Part shown: piece by piece, positions 17,668 to 27,600 of the stretch
Position numbering within the stretch: position 1 is the first letter of the stretch
How the letters are laid out: each line of letters begins with the position of its first letter
From: a virus
Lineage: Duplodnaviria > Caudoviricetes
Strand: one strand, 5' to 3'
DNA length: 44,752 nucleotides
Virus record (IMG/VR): IMGVR_UViG_3300048575_000161
Span: 1 to 44,752 of that record
Translations under genes and position numbers: made by a program
The notes under the pieces: model-generated
Told to the model about the DNA's origin: nothing
Databases searched by the model: none
Seen by the model: the letters and a program-made list of their open reading frames with translations, nothing else

Positions 17668-17934
17668 TTACGCCTCCTTGAATTTTTCGGGCACTTCCCT
17701 GGGGTACGTCGGCCACCGCAGCAGGGAATCGCGATCCAGAAAAGCAATCTCGCGGCCATAGTCCACGCGGGGTTCGTCGTCACCCTGCCGCTTGCCCAGC
17801 CACAAGGCGCGCACCCAGCCGCGCCGCGTCCAAAACACTTCAATCGCCGCCGTGGGGTACAACTCGCGCCCCTGCAGGAAATACCCGTCCGCCGTGCGCG
17901 TATAGGGCTCGGGGCCGGGCGTCTTCGGCTTCAT
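17668..17934 (-). CDS. Hypothetical protein
   Basis: 88 aa, ATGA-coupled. Confidence 0.65.
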   Translation of the reverse strand: MKPKTPGPEPYTRTADGYFLQGRELYPTAAIEVFWTRRGWVRALWLGKRQGDDEPRVDYGREIAFLDRDSLLRWPTYPREVPEKFKEA

Positions 17935-18338
17935 GCGTTGGCCCCGTCTTCAGGTTCGGCCAGCAGCTTCAGCATGCCGGCGAACAGACAGGCCAATTCC
18001 TCCTCCATTTTCGAGGCCGCCAGATTATTGCGCGCGAAATCATTCAGCCCGTCGATGCTCTCGGTGCAATGTGCCTGCTGCCGCGAGCTGAACGATGCCA
18101 GACTCAAATCGGCAATCACTGCATCGCGCGCCCCGCGCGGCAGGCCGAGAAAGGCGTCGATCATGTCGTCAAACCGCTTATTCAGCTCGTGGCGCATGTC
18201 GATGCGCCGCCGCGCGGCCAGTGACAGCGCGCCGTCGACGGGCTTGGCCGTCCGCGCGTGAAATTCCTGCTGCCGCCGCTGGTTGGCCTCCTGCTGCGCC
18301 TCGATCTTGCGCTTCAGCATTTCTGTAATCTCACTCAC
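17931..18338 (-). CDS. Hypothetical protein
   Basis: 135 aa; GTG start overlapping the upstream stop; AAGGAG RBS. Confidence 0.65.
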   Translation of the reverse strand: MSEITEMLKRKIEAQQEANQRRQQEFHARTAKPVDGALSLAARRRIDMRHELNKRFDDMIDAFLGLPRGARDAVIADLSLASFSSRQQAHCTESIDGLNDFARNNLAASKMEEELACLFAGMLKLLAEPEDGANA

Positions 18339-19063
18339 GCGCGTGCTCCTTCCTGCATGCCCCTTTGTTTTTTGTGCGCATCCCTGAGTAGTCGATCATG
18401 CTTCGACGCGAGACAGCCAAATAGCGCACGCGTTATATCATCCACCTGATCGCGATTGGCCTTGATCCATGCCGCCGCCCGTTGAAGCTCATCATCCACG
18501 TTCAACAGCGGCCACTGTTTGCGCATCTTTTGGCGCCGTTCGGGAATGATCCCAGCCAACGCGACAGCAATGAGCGCATTCCAGTTCTCCTGCGGGTTCG
18601 GTTCCACTTCGGGTTTCAGGGCTAAACGTAAGGCGCGCAACTCGTCCCCAATTCGTTCCAGCGCGCACACAATGCCGTCCATCGTTTGGGCTTGTTCAAC
18701 CGGCGCCGATGCCTCCGCAGACGCCCCCTCACTGCGCAGATCGGCCTTGGCTTTTTCCAGCAGCTCCCGCCCGATCCGCTCATTTTCAATTCTGGCGGCG
18801 AGCTGCTCAGGCGATTCCTCCCGCGCCACACAGGCCTTCACCCTTCCGCATTTCAGGCAAGCGAAAGCGTCGCTTGCCGCCAGAAGCAACATCGTCGTCC
18901 CGCACTCGCATTTGGGCTGTTCAGGCAAAGCTTCGGGTTTGAAATCGGACATCAACCCGTGACAGATCGGGCACGCATATGGGTCGTCGTACGCATCGCG
19001 TTCGTCATCCTCGACCTCCCCGGCGACGGTTGCCCCACATGTGCATTGCATCATTTTGGCCAT
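18335..19063 (-). CDS. Double zinc-ribbon protein with a C-terminal copy of a replication-initiator domain
   Basis: CTCG..CPICHG and CECG..CLKCG; C-terminal 67 aa align at 42/67 identity with the ORF at 10668-12206; AAGGAG RBS. Confidence 0.75.
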   Translation of the reverse strand: MAKMMQCTCGATVAGEVEDDERDAYDDPYACPICHGLMSDFKPEALPEQPKCECGTTMLLLAASDAFACLKCGRVKACVAREESPEQLAARIENERIGRELLEKAKADLRSEGASAEASAPVEQAQTMDGIVCALERIGDELRALRLALKPEVEPNPQENWNALIAVALAGIIPERRQKMRKQWPLLNVDDELQRAAAWIKANRDQVDDITRALFGCLASKHDRLLRDAHKKQRGMQEGARA

Positions 19064-19093
19064 CTGGCTACTCCTTCATTCCACGCACTGCGT

Positions 19094-19342
19094 TTAAGCG
19101 GCAACCCCTGGAGCTGTTTCAGTGATGACAATTTCTGAGTCGGCAAGGATGTCTTCAAGGCGGCACCCGATGGCAGTTGCAATTTCACGAGCAGTAACAG
19201 GCTTGAAGTTGCCCCCCGCTGCGGCGCGTGCAATTTGCTTTGTCATCCAAGAAGGACATTTACCGGCCCGGCGCGAAACATCGATCATGCGTAGTTTCTT
19301 CTTAAACATGGCCTTTTCGATTTTTTGCAGGCTCAGTTTCAT
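19094..19342 (-). CDS. Cro-like HTH protein
   Basis: IDVSRRAGKCPSWM...TAREIATAIGCRLEDIL; divergent from the repressor; AAGGAGG RBS. Confidence 0.75.
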   Translation of the reverse strand: MKLSLQKIEKAMFKKKLRMIDVSRRAGKCPSWMTKQIARAAAGGNFKPVTAREIATAIGCRLEDILADSEIVITETAPGVAA

Positions 19343-19368
19343 GAGACCCCTCCTTGTCGATGAAGGGG

Positions 19369-19396
19369 AGTATACCCTTTTAGAGGGTATCGTCAA
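19369..19396 (-). promoter_or_regulatory. Leftward (lytic) sigma70-type promoter with overlapping operator
   Basis: Minus strand TTGACG (19391-19396) -N16- TATACT (19369-19374); palindrome ATACCCT-N5-AGGGTAT at 19372-19390 fills the spacer. Confidence 0.7.
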
Positions 19397-19442
19397 GCGT
19401 ATATTTTATCTTTTTTCCTGTTATTTGATTGATCGCCAAGCC

Positions 19443-19464
19443 CGATACGCTGTATAAGGTATCG
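19443..19464. promoter_or_regulatory. Second candidate operator upstream of the repressor
   Basis: CGATAC-N10-GTATCG shares ATAC/GTAT half-sites with the first palindrome; spacing differs by 1 nt. Confidence 0.45.
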
Positions 19465-19485
19465 CAGGAAAGGGGGTGAAACACA

Positions 19486-19803
19486 TTGTTTACCGCTCTC
19501 CCCGTACTGATGAGGGAGGGACGGCAACGGCGTGGATGGACTCAACGGCAAGCAGCGAAAATATTGGGCGTCTCTCAGAAGACGATTTCAACGCTGGAAA
19601 ATACAGGGGAAGCTGGTCAGGTTTTGCTGAAAAAATGCGCTGAACAATACGGGCTTGACATGGCTGATATCCTTGCGACGAAAATTAAAAATAGTCGTGA
19701 TGGGTTTTCAGAAACCGAACAAGCCTTGATTCAGGCCGCGCGAGCAAAAGACCTGCGAAAATCCCTGAAATTGCTAGAGAAAATCATCTACGAACCGAAA
19801 TAG
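19486..19803 (+). CDS. XRE-family phage repressor (cI-like, no S24 peptidase domain)
   Basis: GRQRRGWTQRQAAKILGVSQKTISTLEN HTH; divergent from cro; TTG start with GGGGGTG RBS. Confidence 0.8.
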   Translation: MFTALPVLMREGRQRRGWTQRQAAKILGVSQKTISTLENTGEAGQVLLKKCAEQYGLDMADILATKIKNSRDGFSETEQALIQAARAKDLRKSLKLLEKIIYEPK

Positions 19804-19837
19804 CCGAACCCCTCTGCCGGGGCTCGAATTCGCAACG

Positions 19838-19867
19838 TTGACCTTTTACCGCTCGATGCAGTAATAT
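19838..19867 (+). promoter_or_regulatory. Candidate promoter in front of the tRNA half
   Basis: TTGACC (19838-19843) -N18- TAATAT (19862-19867), then GC-rich CCCGCGC, 12 nt before the tRNA 5' end. Confidence 0.55.
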
Positions 19868-19879
19868 CCCGCGCTGAGT

Positions 19880-19921
19880 GCCGGGATGGCGGAACTGGCA
19901 GACGCAAGGGACTTAAAATCC
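19880..19921 (+). other. Putative attP core: 5' half of tRNA-Leu(UAA)
   Basis: GCCGGGA-TG-GCGGAACTGGCAGACGC-A-AGGGA-CTTAAAA-TCC gives the acceptor 5' strand, D arm and anticodon loop (TAA at 19914-19916); no variable arm, T arm or 3' acceptor follows; adjacent to the integrase. Confidence 0.85.
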
Positions 19922-20047
19922 ATTCTGGCAACCCGCTTTTCTGAAAGTTCTTTTTCCTAGCTCAAGTTGTTTGAATAATTAGCCGAATATTGAAAATGAT
20001 GGACTTGTGATGGCGCGCGGAAACTATCCGCGCGAAGGAAGAGCTGT

Positions 20048-20929
20048 ATGCTTTGCACGATGGAATTATGGCTGGCTTGGCTTGAGAATGCCCACAGGGC
20101 GCAAGGGACTGCTGTTTGGTATCGTAACAAGGTCACTGCATTTATTGAGTTTGTAGCGTGCCATCCCGAAGGGATCACGCCGCGCACCGTGGATTTATTT
20201 CTCCGAACCGGTTTGGTCTGCGGAAATGAAGGACGTGCCGGTTATTGGCGGGCAATTCGCGCCTTTGTAAACTGGGCGTCCGATACGCGACGGGGATATT
20301 TGCCGGCCAACCTTCTGGGTGACTATGACCCGCATTTGCCGCGTTCAAAACGGATCATCGCTCCCCTGAAGGAAGATGTGCTGGCAATCATTAAAAAAAT
20401 GCCTCGGGGAACAATGGCCGAGCGTCGTGACCGTTGTTTTATTCATTTTTTGTATTACACGGGAGCCCGCGCCGGAGAGGCGCTTGCCGTGCGAATAGAC
20501 GATATTGATCTGCACAGAAAGTATGCTCGCATTTATCAGGAAAAGAACCATGAACACCGCATTGCGCCTTTGGTGGACGCTCTTCTTCCTGAGCTTTTTT
20601 CATGGATGGGACACTGCAAAGGAAGGTGGTTGTTTCCGTCATGCATGCGCCGCAAGGTGAATCCGAATTGTCACTTGAGTCTTTCAGGAATTGAAGATCG
20701 TTGGACTATTTTCAAGAAATCAATAGGGATAGAGAACCAGAAATTCAACTTGCACTTATTGCGACACGCCTTTGGAACGCACGCACGCGAGGCCGGTCTT
20801 GATCTGATAGACATCAAGGATTTGATGGGGCACGCTACACTTGCCGCCACACAAATCTATGCCGTCGCAAGTCCTGAACATCTCAGGAAAAACGCTAACA
20901 AGATATGGCCTGAACCAATTCCGGCTTGA
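20048..20929 (+). CDS. int: Tyrosine integrase/recombinase (compact, Xer-like)
   Basis: Catalytic residues in YTGAR, EKNH, HLLRH, MGH, TQIY; 293 aa with no obvious arm-binding domain. Confidence 0.93.
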   Translation: MLCTMELWLAWLENAHRAQGTAVWYRNKVTAFIEFVACHPEGITPRTVDLFLRTGLVCGNEGRAGYWRAIRAFVNWASDTRRGYLPANLLGDYDPHLPRSKRIIAPLKEDVLAIIKKMPRGTMAERRDRCFIHFLYYTGARAGEALAVRIDDIDLHRKYARIYQEKNHEHRIAPLVDALLPELFSWMGHCKGRWLFPSCMRRKVNPNCHLSLSGIEDRWTIFKKSIGIENQKFNLHLLRHAFGTHAREAGLDLIDIKDLMGHATLAATQIYAVASPEHLRKNANKIWPEPIPA

Positions 20930-20998
20930 AAAATAATAAAGCTGTGGTTTGCGGGTGACGATAAATTAAAAGAGGGAAATTCCCTTGGAGGGCACCAG

Positions 20999-21613
20999 AT
21001 GAGTCGTGTAGTGCTGTTTATACTGGCTATCTTATCAGGATTTAACATTCAAGCCGCCACAACAGAGGCCATACCTTTGCCTTTGCCAGAGAAGGGGATT
21101 GTAATCAACGACGCCGATATTCGAGCACTTTCCCCTATTCCAGCGGATAACAACGCGCTCGTGACAATTCCTGAGTCGCTTTTACAGCCACAGTCAAAGC
21201 CTCGCTCCGTCGGCTTGGGACGCACTGGTATCTCGCGCGAGGAATTGTTTGCGGCCATGGATCGCGAATTTGGACCTCCCAAACCAATCCGAAGAACCAC
21301 CAATTCGCTTCAGGCCACGAGCAACATAAGCGTAAAAATAGATGCCATTTATGACGACGGTAAACCAGAGAAGATAATCGCACCAAAACGCTTTGATTTC
21401 TCGAGCCTTTGCTACTTTTTTTTCTCTGCCCGCGCCCCCGAAAAGGCGATTTCTGGGGGCATTCATATGGCGATTAAATTCTGCGTCTTTGTCCTGATCT
21501 CAATGATTCTGCTTTCTCCGTTTTGGGCTGCATTCATCGTACTGAAAAAAGCTCGCGCAAAGCGGTCTAATCCTCCAGCCCCAACCCCCGCCGCTGGCGC
21601 TCCAGCGCCTTGA
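20999..21613 (+). CDS. Exported membrane-anchored protein, candidate superinfection-exclusion factor
   Basis: Signal-like MSRVVLFILAILSGFNIQA-A; C-terminal TM FCVFVLISMILLSPFWAAFIVL followed by KKARAKR; residues 38-94 copy residues 8-64 of the 2612-aa protein; GGAGG RBS. Confidence 0.75.
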   Translation: MSRVVLFILAILSGFNIQAATTEAIPLPLPEKGIVINDADIRALSPIPADNNALVTIPESLLQPQSKPRSVGLGRTGISREELFAAMDREFGPPKPIRRTTNSLQATSNISVKIDAIYDDGKPEKIIAPKRFDFSSLCYFFFSARAPEKAISGGIHMAIKFCVFVLISMILLSPFWAAFIVLKKARAKRSNPPAPTPAAGAPAP

Positions 21614-24600
21614 GTTCCTTCACCGGCACACGCTTCGGATCGATCTGCCGCGCCCGCTCAAGCGCACTTCCCGCCGTGCCCGTGCGGCTCCATAGACTGT
21701 ACGGCTCATAGCGAGCGCGAGCGAGCGCAACCGCATTGGCGCGGCTCCAGCCGGCCGCATCCAGGATCGGCACGATTTCATGGTCCGGTACGCCCTGCCT
21801 GCGCGCGGCGCGCACTGTGTCATAGGTTTCACGCCACAGCTTCATCCGACGCCCTTCCTGGTACAGATAATCGTCCAGCACGCTTTGCGGGCTGATGGGG
21901 CTCATGCTGGTCAGGGGATTGGTGAACTGTGTGGTGACATCGTGACTGGCCCGTATGAAATTACGCATTTTGAATTGCAGCGCCTGCCGGTAATCAATGT
22001 TCGTCACACGCGCGCCGGTGAGTTCGGCCGTGATCTCTACAGCGGGATCAAGCTTCTGGCCGTAAGGCGTCGTTTGCCCACGCAGGGCGGGGATAATCTT
22101 GCGAAAAATGCGCTCTACTGTGCCGGGCAGCAAGGCCATGCCCACATATTTCCCGATGGATGCGGCTTGGCGGGTCGGGCTGTCTTCTGGATTGTAAACC
22201 CGTTGACCTGTTTGGGTTTTGTTGCTGCGCACGTCCATGAGTCGCGAGAAGAAAAGCTGTTCGCTAACCCATGGGTCTAGTATTTCCTTGGCGGCATTTT
22301 TCACATGAGATGCATCAAACGTCCAGGCTGCCATCATCAATTCGGAGAACGAATCAGTGAAAGTGTTGTAAGGGTTGTAGCTGCTCAGATCGAACGCGCT
22401 GGCGCGGCCATCTTTCAGATTTCGGCTCAGCATGATCATGGTGCTGCTGCGGCTCCAGTCGGGCAGGAAGCGACGGAAATCTTTATCGTCATCAGGCGAG
22501 AGGCCCAGCATCAGGCGACTGGCAAGAGCCAGAACCGCCCCCGAGCCCAGGGCCAGCGACAATCCGGCCAGGCGTTCAGCGCCAGCAAGCCGCTGGGCCT
22601 TGTTGTCACTGCGCAGATCCAGCGCGGCATAACGGGCTGAATGCCAAAGAGTGCGTAATGCCTCATAATTGAAGGCGACGAACGGCCCAAAAAAAGGCTG
22701 CCGGCGGGCCTGCTGAAAGAACTTCGACACTCTTGAATAAGTGGGGTAAGTGTTGAGAACGCGCGTGACGGCCTCGCGCTCTACCTGCTCTGTTGTCCAA
22801 TCGGGATGTACGCGCCGCTGGCGCGCCGCTTCGTTTTCAAAGCCCACGATTTTCCCCAGGCTGTCACTGGCTTCATACAAGGCAATAGGGGCATTCAACG
22901 CAGGACGCCACACGCGTAGAAATTTCCTGATCCGAGTCTTCGCCGGAGCGTATTGTTGATTGAGGCGCAAGCCTGCATCGCTCATTACATTGCGGAGTTC
23001 TTCAGCAATAGCGGAATTGTGCAGCAACCCCAGTTCTACATAGTGATAGAGGCGTTCGCGCTGCTCGGAAGAGCGCATTCGCCCCCAATCGGTCAGCACG
23101 GCACGCAGCCCAGCGCCATAACGCGACAAGTTGAAATGGCCGCTGAGCGCGTGAAAGAAGGGTTGACCCAGTAGGTTGCGGGATTGCGTCATCACGCTGC
23201 CCACTGTCTTCATGGTTTTAGCAAAAGCGTTCACAGCCATTAATCCGGTCCAAAACCAGTGATCGACTTCTTTGCTTTTGTCCAGCGCCTCAAATGCTTC
23301 CACAATTTCAGGCGCCGTGAACAGGCCATTGAGCGGGGCAAGCACTTGACTACCTTCGGCGGCGATCTTGGCATTGAACCCAATTGGCGCATCGCCAGGT
23401 TCAAAAAGATAGACGCCCATGCCGGCATTACGTACTTTGCGCAGAAACGTTTCATTGGCCAGCAGCATTGATTGCTTGGTTATCGTTTTGGCGGCATTAA
23501 CCTCGGCGTCTTCGTACTCGCCCATGACAGCCCGGATTTCGGGGGCGACATTCGTGCGCCGCATGAAGATACTGAGGTCTTTTTGCCCGATCTTGAGCGC
23601 GGGCGGGGGACTTGAACGTTGATCAGGCTTTAGCGCGCGTTCGAACAGGAAGTTGAGCAGATGGCTTTCGGCCTGCTGCCAGGTAATTTCTTCTTCCGCT
23701 TTTGCAATCTCCCGACGAATTGCATCCTCACTAGCATAATCAAACATGTCGCGCGCCGGCATGATGGCAGGCTCGCCGCCGGCCTGCGCCGCTCCGGATT
23801 CCTGTTCCTTGCGCCATGCCTCTTCAGCGGCATCCAGACGGCCAAACGCCCTGTTTCGAATCATGTTATCGCGCGTCCATGCGATAGCAGAATCGTAGGC
23901 CTGCCTCGGGATGACTTTAAGCCACTTTTCACCCTCATCGCTGATCCGATAACTCCGGTGCACGTAGGAGCCCAGCCGCTTTTCAAGGGTTGCCTTGAGC
24001 GGACCATCGACCATCCCGGAATCGAGCAACTGTACGCTCAATTCGTCGATTCTGGCGCGCAGCGCTATCACGGGGGCCTGGAGTCGTAACGGCAGCTTGG
24101 CAATATGCCGGCCGCCATGCAGCGCACGATTCAGTGTATTCCGCACATCCGCAGGCATGTTGAATTTGCTTTTATATTCAACATTGATGGCGCGGTCTAA
24201 ATCAGCTTCCAAGTGTTTTAAGCGGGTCTGTTCCGCTCCGATGGACGCCTGCCGAAGCTCATTCAGCTCGAACACCTCTTGGGGCAAATCGCCGCGCGCC
24301 CTGAATTTTGATTTGGCCCAATCGATAAGACCGCGTTCGCGAATAGCCGCGGCCTTTTCCCGCAGATTTTTTGGTTTTAGTGTCTCTTGTTCATTGTCGC
24401 TGGCTTCGCGCCGGTCCGCCATGAAGCGCAAATCCTCGCCGGTCGGGATCGCCTCGCCTTCGCCGGTTTTCTCGGAGGCATTGACCCCCAGCATGGTTTG
24501 CAGGATACTATGAACTGGAAGCCCGCCCGGGGGGGATTGTTCAGCCTTCGGGCTAGCACCTGCCTGTGACGGAATCCCGGACGGGCTTTCGACCTCCATC

Positions 24601-27600
24601 AATTCATGATCATAGAATAGCCGCCCGCCGGTATCCTCGCGCACCACGAGGCCGACATGGTAGTCGGTGCCGCCGACCTTGAGTGGCGCCGCAAAAACGT
24701 GCCGGTCCAGCCACGGCCCGCTTGTCCTGTGGTCGGTAGTGATCAACACTGCGCGTTTCAGCAGCTCGCCGATGCCGGCGATGGCCTGAATTTTGACCGG
24801 CCCGGAACCATGGGCCAGCGCGCTGCGCACGCCGCTGGGGCGCACTTCGATCTTCCAGCCGGTTTCCTGATTGGTCACACTGCGCGGCAATTGCTTGGCC
24901 GCCCAAGTGCGCGCCTTGGCACGCAGCTCTTTCATGTTGAGCGGTTCATCAAAAGCGTCGATCTCGTGGCCGCTAATGATCACTGGAAGCGTGACATCGT
25001 AGCGTCCTTTTATTTCGCGCAATCGTTCTTCAGAGGGCATGAAGCGCAGGAAATCAGGCTGCGCCACCTTGGCTGTCGGCTGAGGGCGGGCAGACCGGGC
25101 CGCCGGTTTTTCCGGCGCCATCTCTCCCGTGAACATGTCCGGAACCCCCGGCGGGGCCTCGGCCGGACCTACGCGGTCCAGCACGCTTTGCGGCGTTCCC
25201 GCCATGTCCAGCGTCGAACGGAACAGCTCGCCTTGCTGTGGGGGCTCCCTGCGCGGTTCTGTGGCCTGTTTTTCCTCGGGCAGCAAGCGCAACCCCAGCT
25301 CATCGGCCCAGCCCTGCAATACTTGGCTGCGTTCCAGCGGCAGCATGCCCCCCTGGTTGTTGAGCGCCGACTCGGCCAGTGCGGCGTAACCCTTCAGCCG
25401 TTCGCGCAGCTTGGCGGGGCTGGTAAGCACCGGCAGCAGAATGCGCGCCGCAGTGCGATCATCCGCGGCGAGCGGCGTCACCCAGTCATTAGTCGCCTCG
25501 AAATCCTCCAGGTTGGTGGTGCCGGTCCGCCGAGCAGCTTCGGCAAGCTGGTAGACGATGCCCGCCAGGTCATAAGCGGGATCAAGGCCCTGTTCCAGCA
25601 GCCTCTTGACCTGTACCAATGGCGTCAGGCTCGCCGACAGGCTGCGTTGCAGCGCCGGCCACTGCTGAATCAGGTTCAGCGCTTCGCGCTCGTTGGGTCC
25701 TTCGAATACTTTGGCCATTAGCGCCTGCTCGACCAGCCGCCGCCCTGCTTCGGTCAGCCGGTCGCCATCCGCTGTGTGGCGCACATATTTGCCGGAATTC
25801 TGGTTTGTGATCGCCCCGGCCGAACGCAAGGCGTCAATGAACCGATCCACCTTGTCGGCATCATTCAGCACATCCGCAATTGTCTGGTCCCCGTCCAGGT
25901 TGATGCCCTGCAGGAGCACCCGCTCGTCAAGATTGCGCGCCAGGTTGATCGCTTCGCTGATCTCATCATATTCCAGCGTCCCCTTGCGGTTGGATTCACG
26001 CGCGAACAGCTCCCATTCCTGCGGCGTCAAATCCATTTCGCGCACCAGCATCATCGGCGTATCGGATTTGACCGCCTCGGGCGTCAGGCCGAATTCTCCG
26101 GCCCGCTCGGCCAGGTGGGTGCGATACTGCTGATATTGCTGCGGGTGCAGCTCAAGCGCGCGCTGAATCATCATCGTGCGCCCGTTGCCCCCCAGCGCGA
26201 TCCACTGCGAGCGCCGCTCAGGGTTGCGCACCACCATCGGCGGGCCGCCGGCCGGGCCGACCTCGTTGCTGACCATGTTGTAGGGATTGAGCCGCGCCGC
26301 GCCGCTGATGACCTTGACCTGTTCCTCTTTGTCGCGTGCGTAGTCACGCGGCTGCACCTGCTGGGGATATTCGGGGCGTGGTGCAAAACTTTGCGCATTA
26401 TGGCTGGCCACCACGGCATTGACGGGGACCAAGCGATAATGGACGTTGAAGCGCTGCTCGATGCCGGGGTGATAATAAACCCAGGGGCGGCCGACGGTGG
26501 ATTCGCGCTCGCCCCTGGTTGTCGTCGCCGTATCGCCCCCGATACGCCGCCGATCAGCCGTGCGCCGCTGGCCTTCGGCGACCAGTTTGGCCAGCAACGC
26601 GCGCGTTTTCAGCAGTCCCGCTTCATTCATCTGCTTTTCAACGTCGCGTGGATTCAGGCGGTCGCGCAGCGCCCTGTCGATCCGGTCAATCAAATCCATC
26701 ACGCGCCACGCCAGCCGGTTGAAGACGGTCGGGTTCGCGTCACGCACCGCCCGCCAGAACTTCGGGTTCGCAATGTTTTGCGCCAACTGGTCGGCCAGCA
26801 CTTCTTCGCGCAATACGTGCTCTGGCTGGTTGGCGGCGATGGGGTGACGCTGGCGGTAATCGCGCACCCACCGTGCTACATCCATCGACTGGCCCAGCGC
26901 TTCCCAATACTGGTTCAACTCCGCGCTGCCCTGCAAATCGCCCACCAGCGCATGCCCGGCTTCATGCGCCACCACACGCAACACGGGGTGCTCGGTGGCG
27001 GTATTCCAGTAGATAAAATCAGGGTTGCTATTGGCATAGACGCCGGCCACGGCCGGGGCATACTCGCCGCCGCGGATCGGCACCAGCGTGCGCCCGAACA
27101 CTTTACGCGCAACCAGCTCCGCCAGTCGCGTGCGGGTCGATTTGAGCACCAGCGGGCGTTCATCCAGCGTAAACGGTGGCGTCGTCGTCGTTTCGCCTGT
27201 GGTACGCGGGCGACCGGCCGCGCTCCCTTCACTTAGCTCGCGTTGCGCCGCGACTTCGCCAGTCTGTTGGCCCGCGAGGGCGTTATTGAGCCAGTCTACC
27301 GCCTCTTGGCGCGTGGAGCGCTCGGCGGGGCTATAGGGGCGGCGATAGGCCATCGTCGGCGCTGTTTCGGCCGCTTGAACGGATTCGATCGGGGCCGCCG
27401 TGGGCAGAGCCGGGGTTTGTTTCGACGGGGTGACCTCCGGCTCTGCATCAGGCGCAGGAGCGGCAGCTACTTCTTGCCGCCCCCCTTGGGTTTGCAACGT
27501 GCCATTGTTTGGGGCTCCTTTCTGCGGGATGACATCGGCCGCCGGTGCCGCCGGTATTTCCGGCGCGGCCTGCATTTCCTGTTTAGCCAACCCATAAATC

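Noticed and set aside
17075-17761. 228-aa plus-strand ORF in the early region
   Set aside because: It overlaps several minus-strand genes that have good RBSs and operon coupling, and has no motif support.
19880-19960. Complete tRNA-Leu gene
   Set aside because: The sequence stops resembling tRNA right after the anticodon loop; there is no T arm or 3' acceptor strand.
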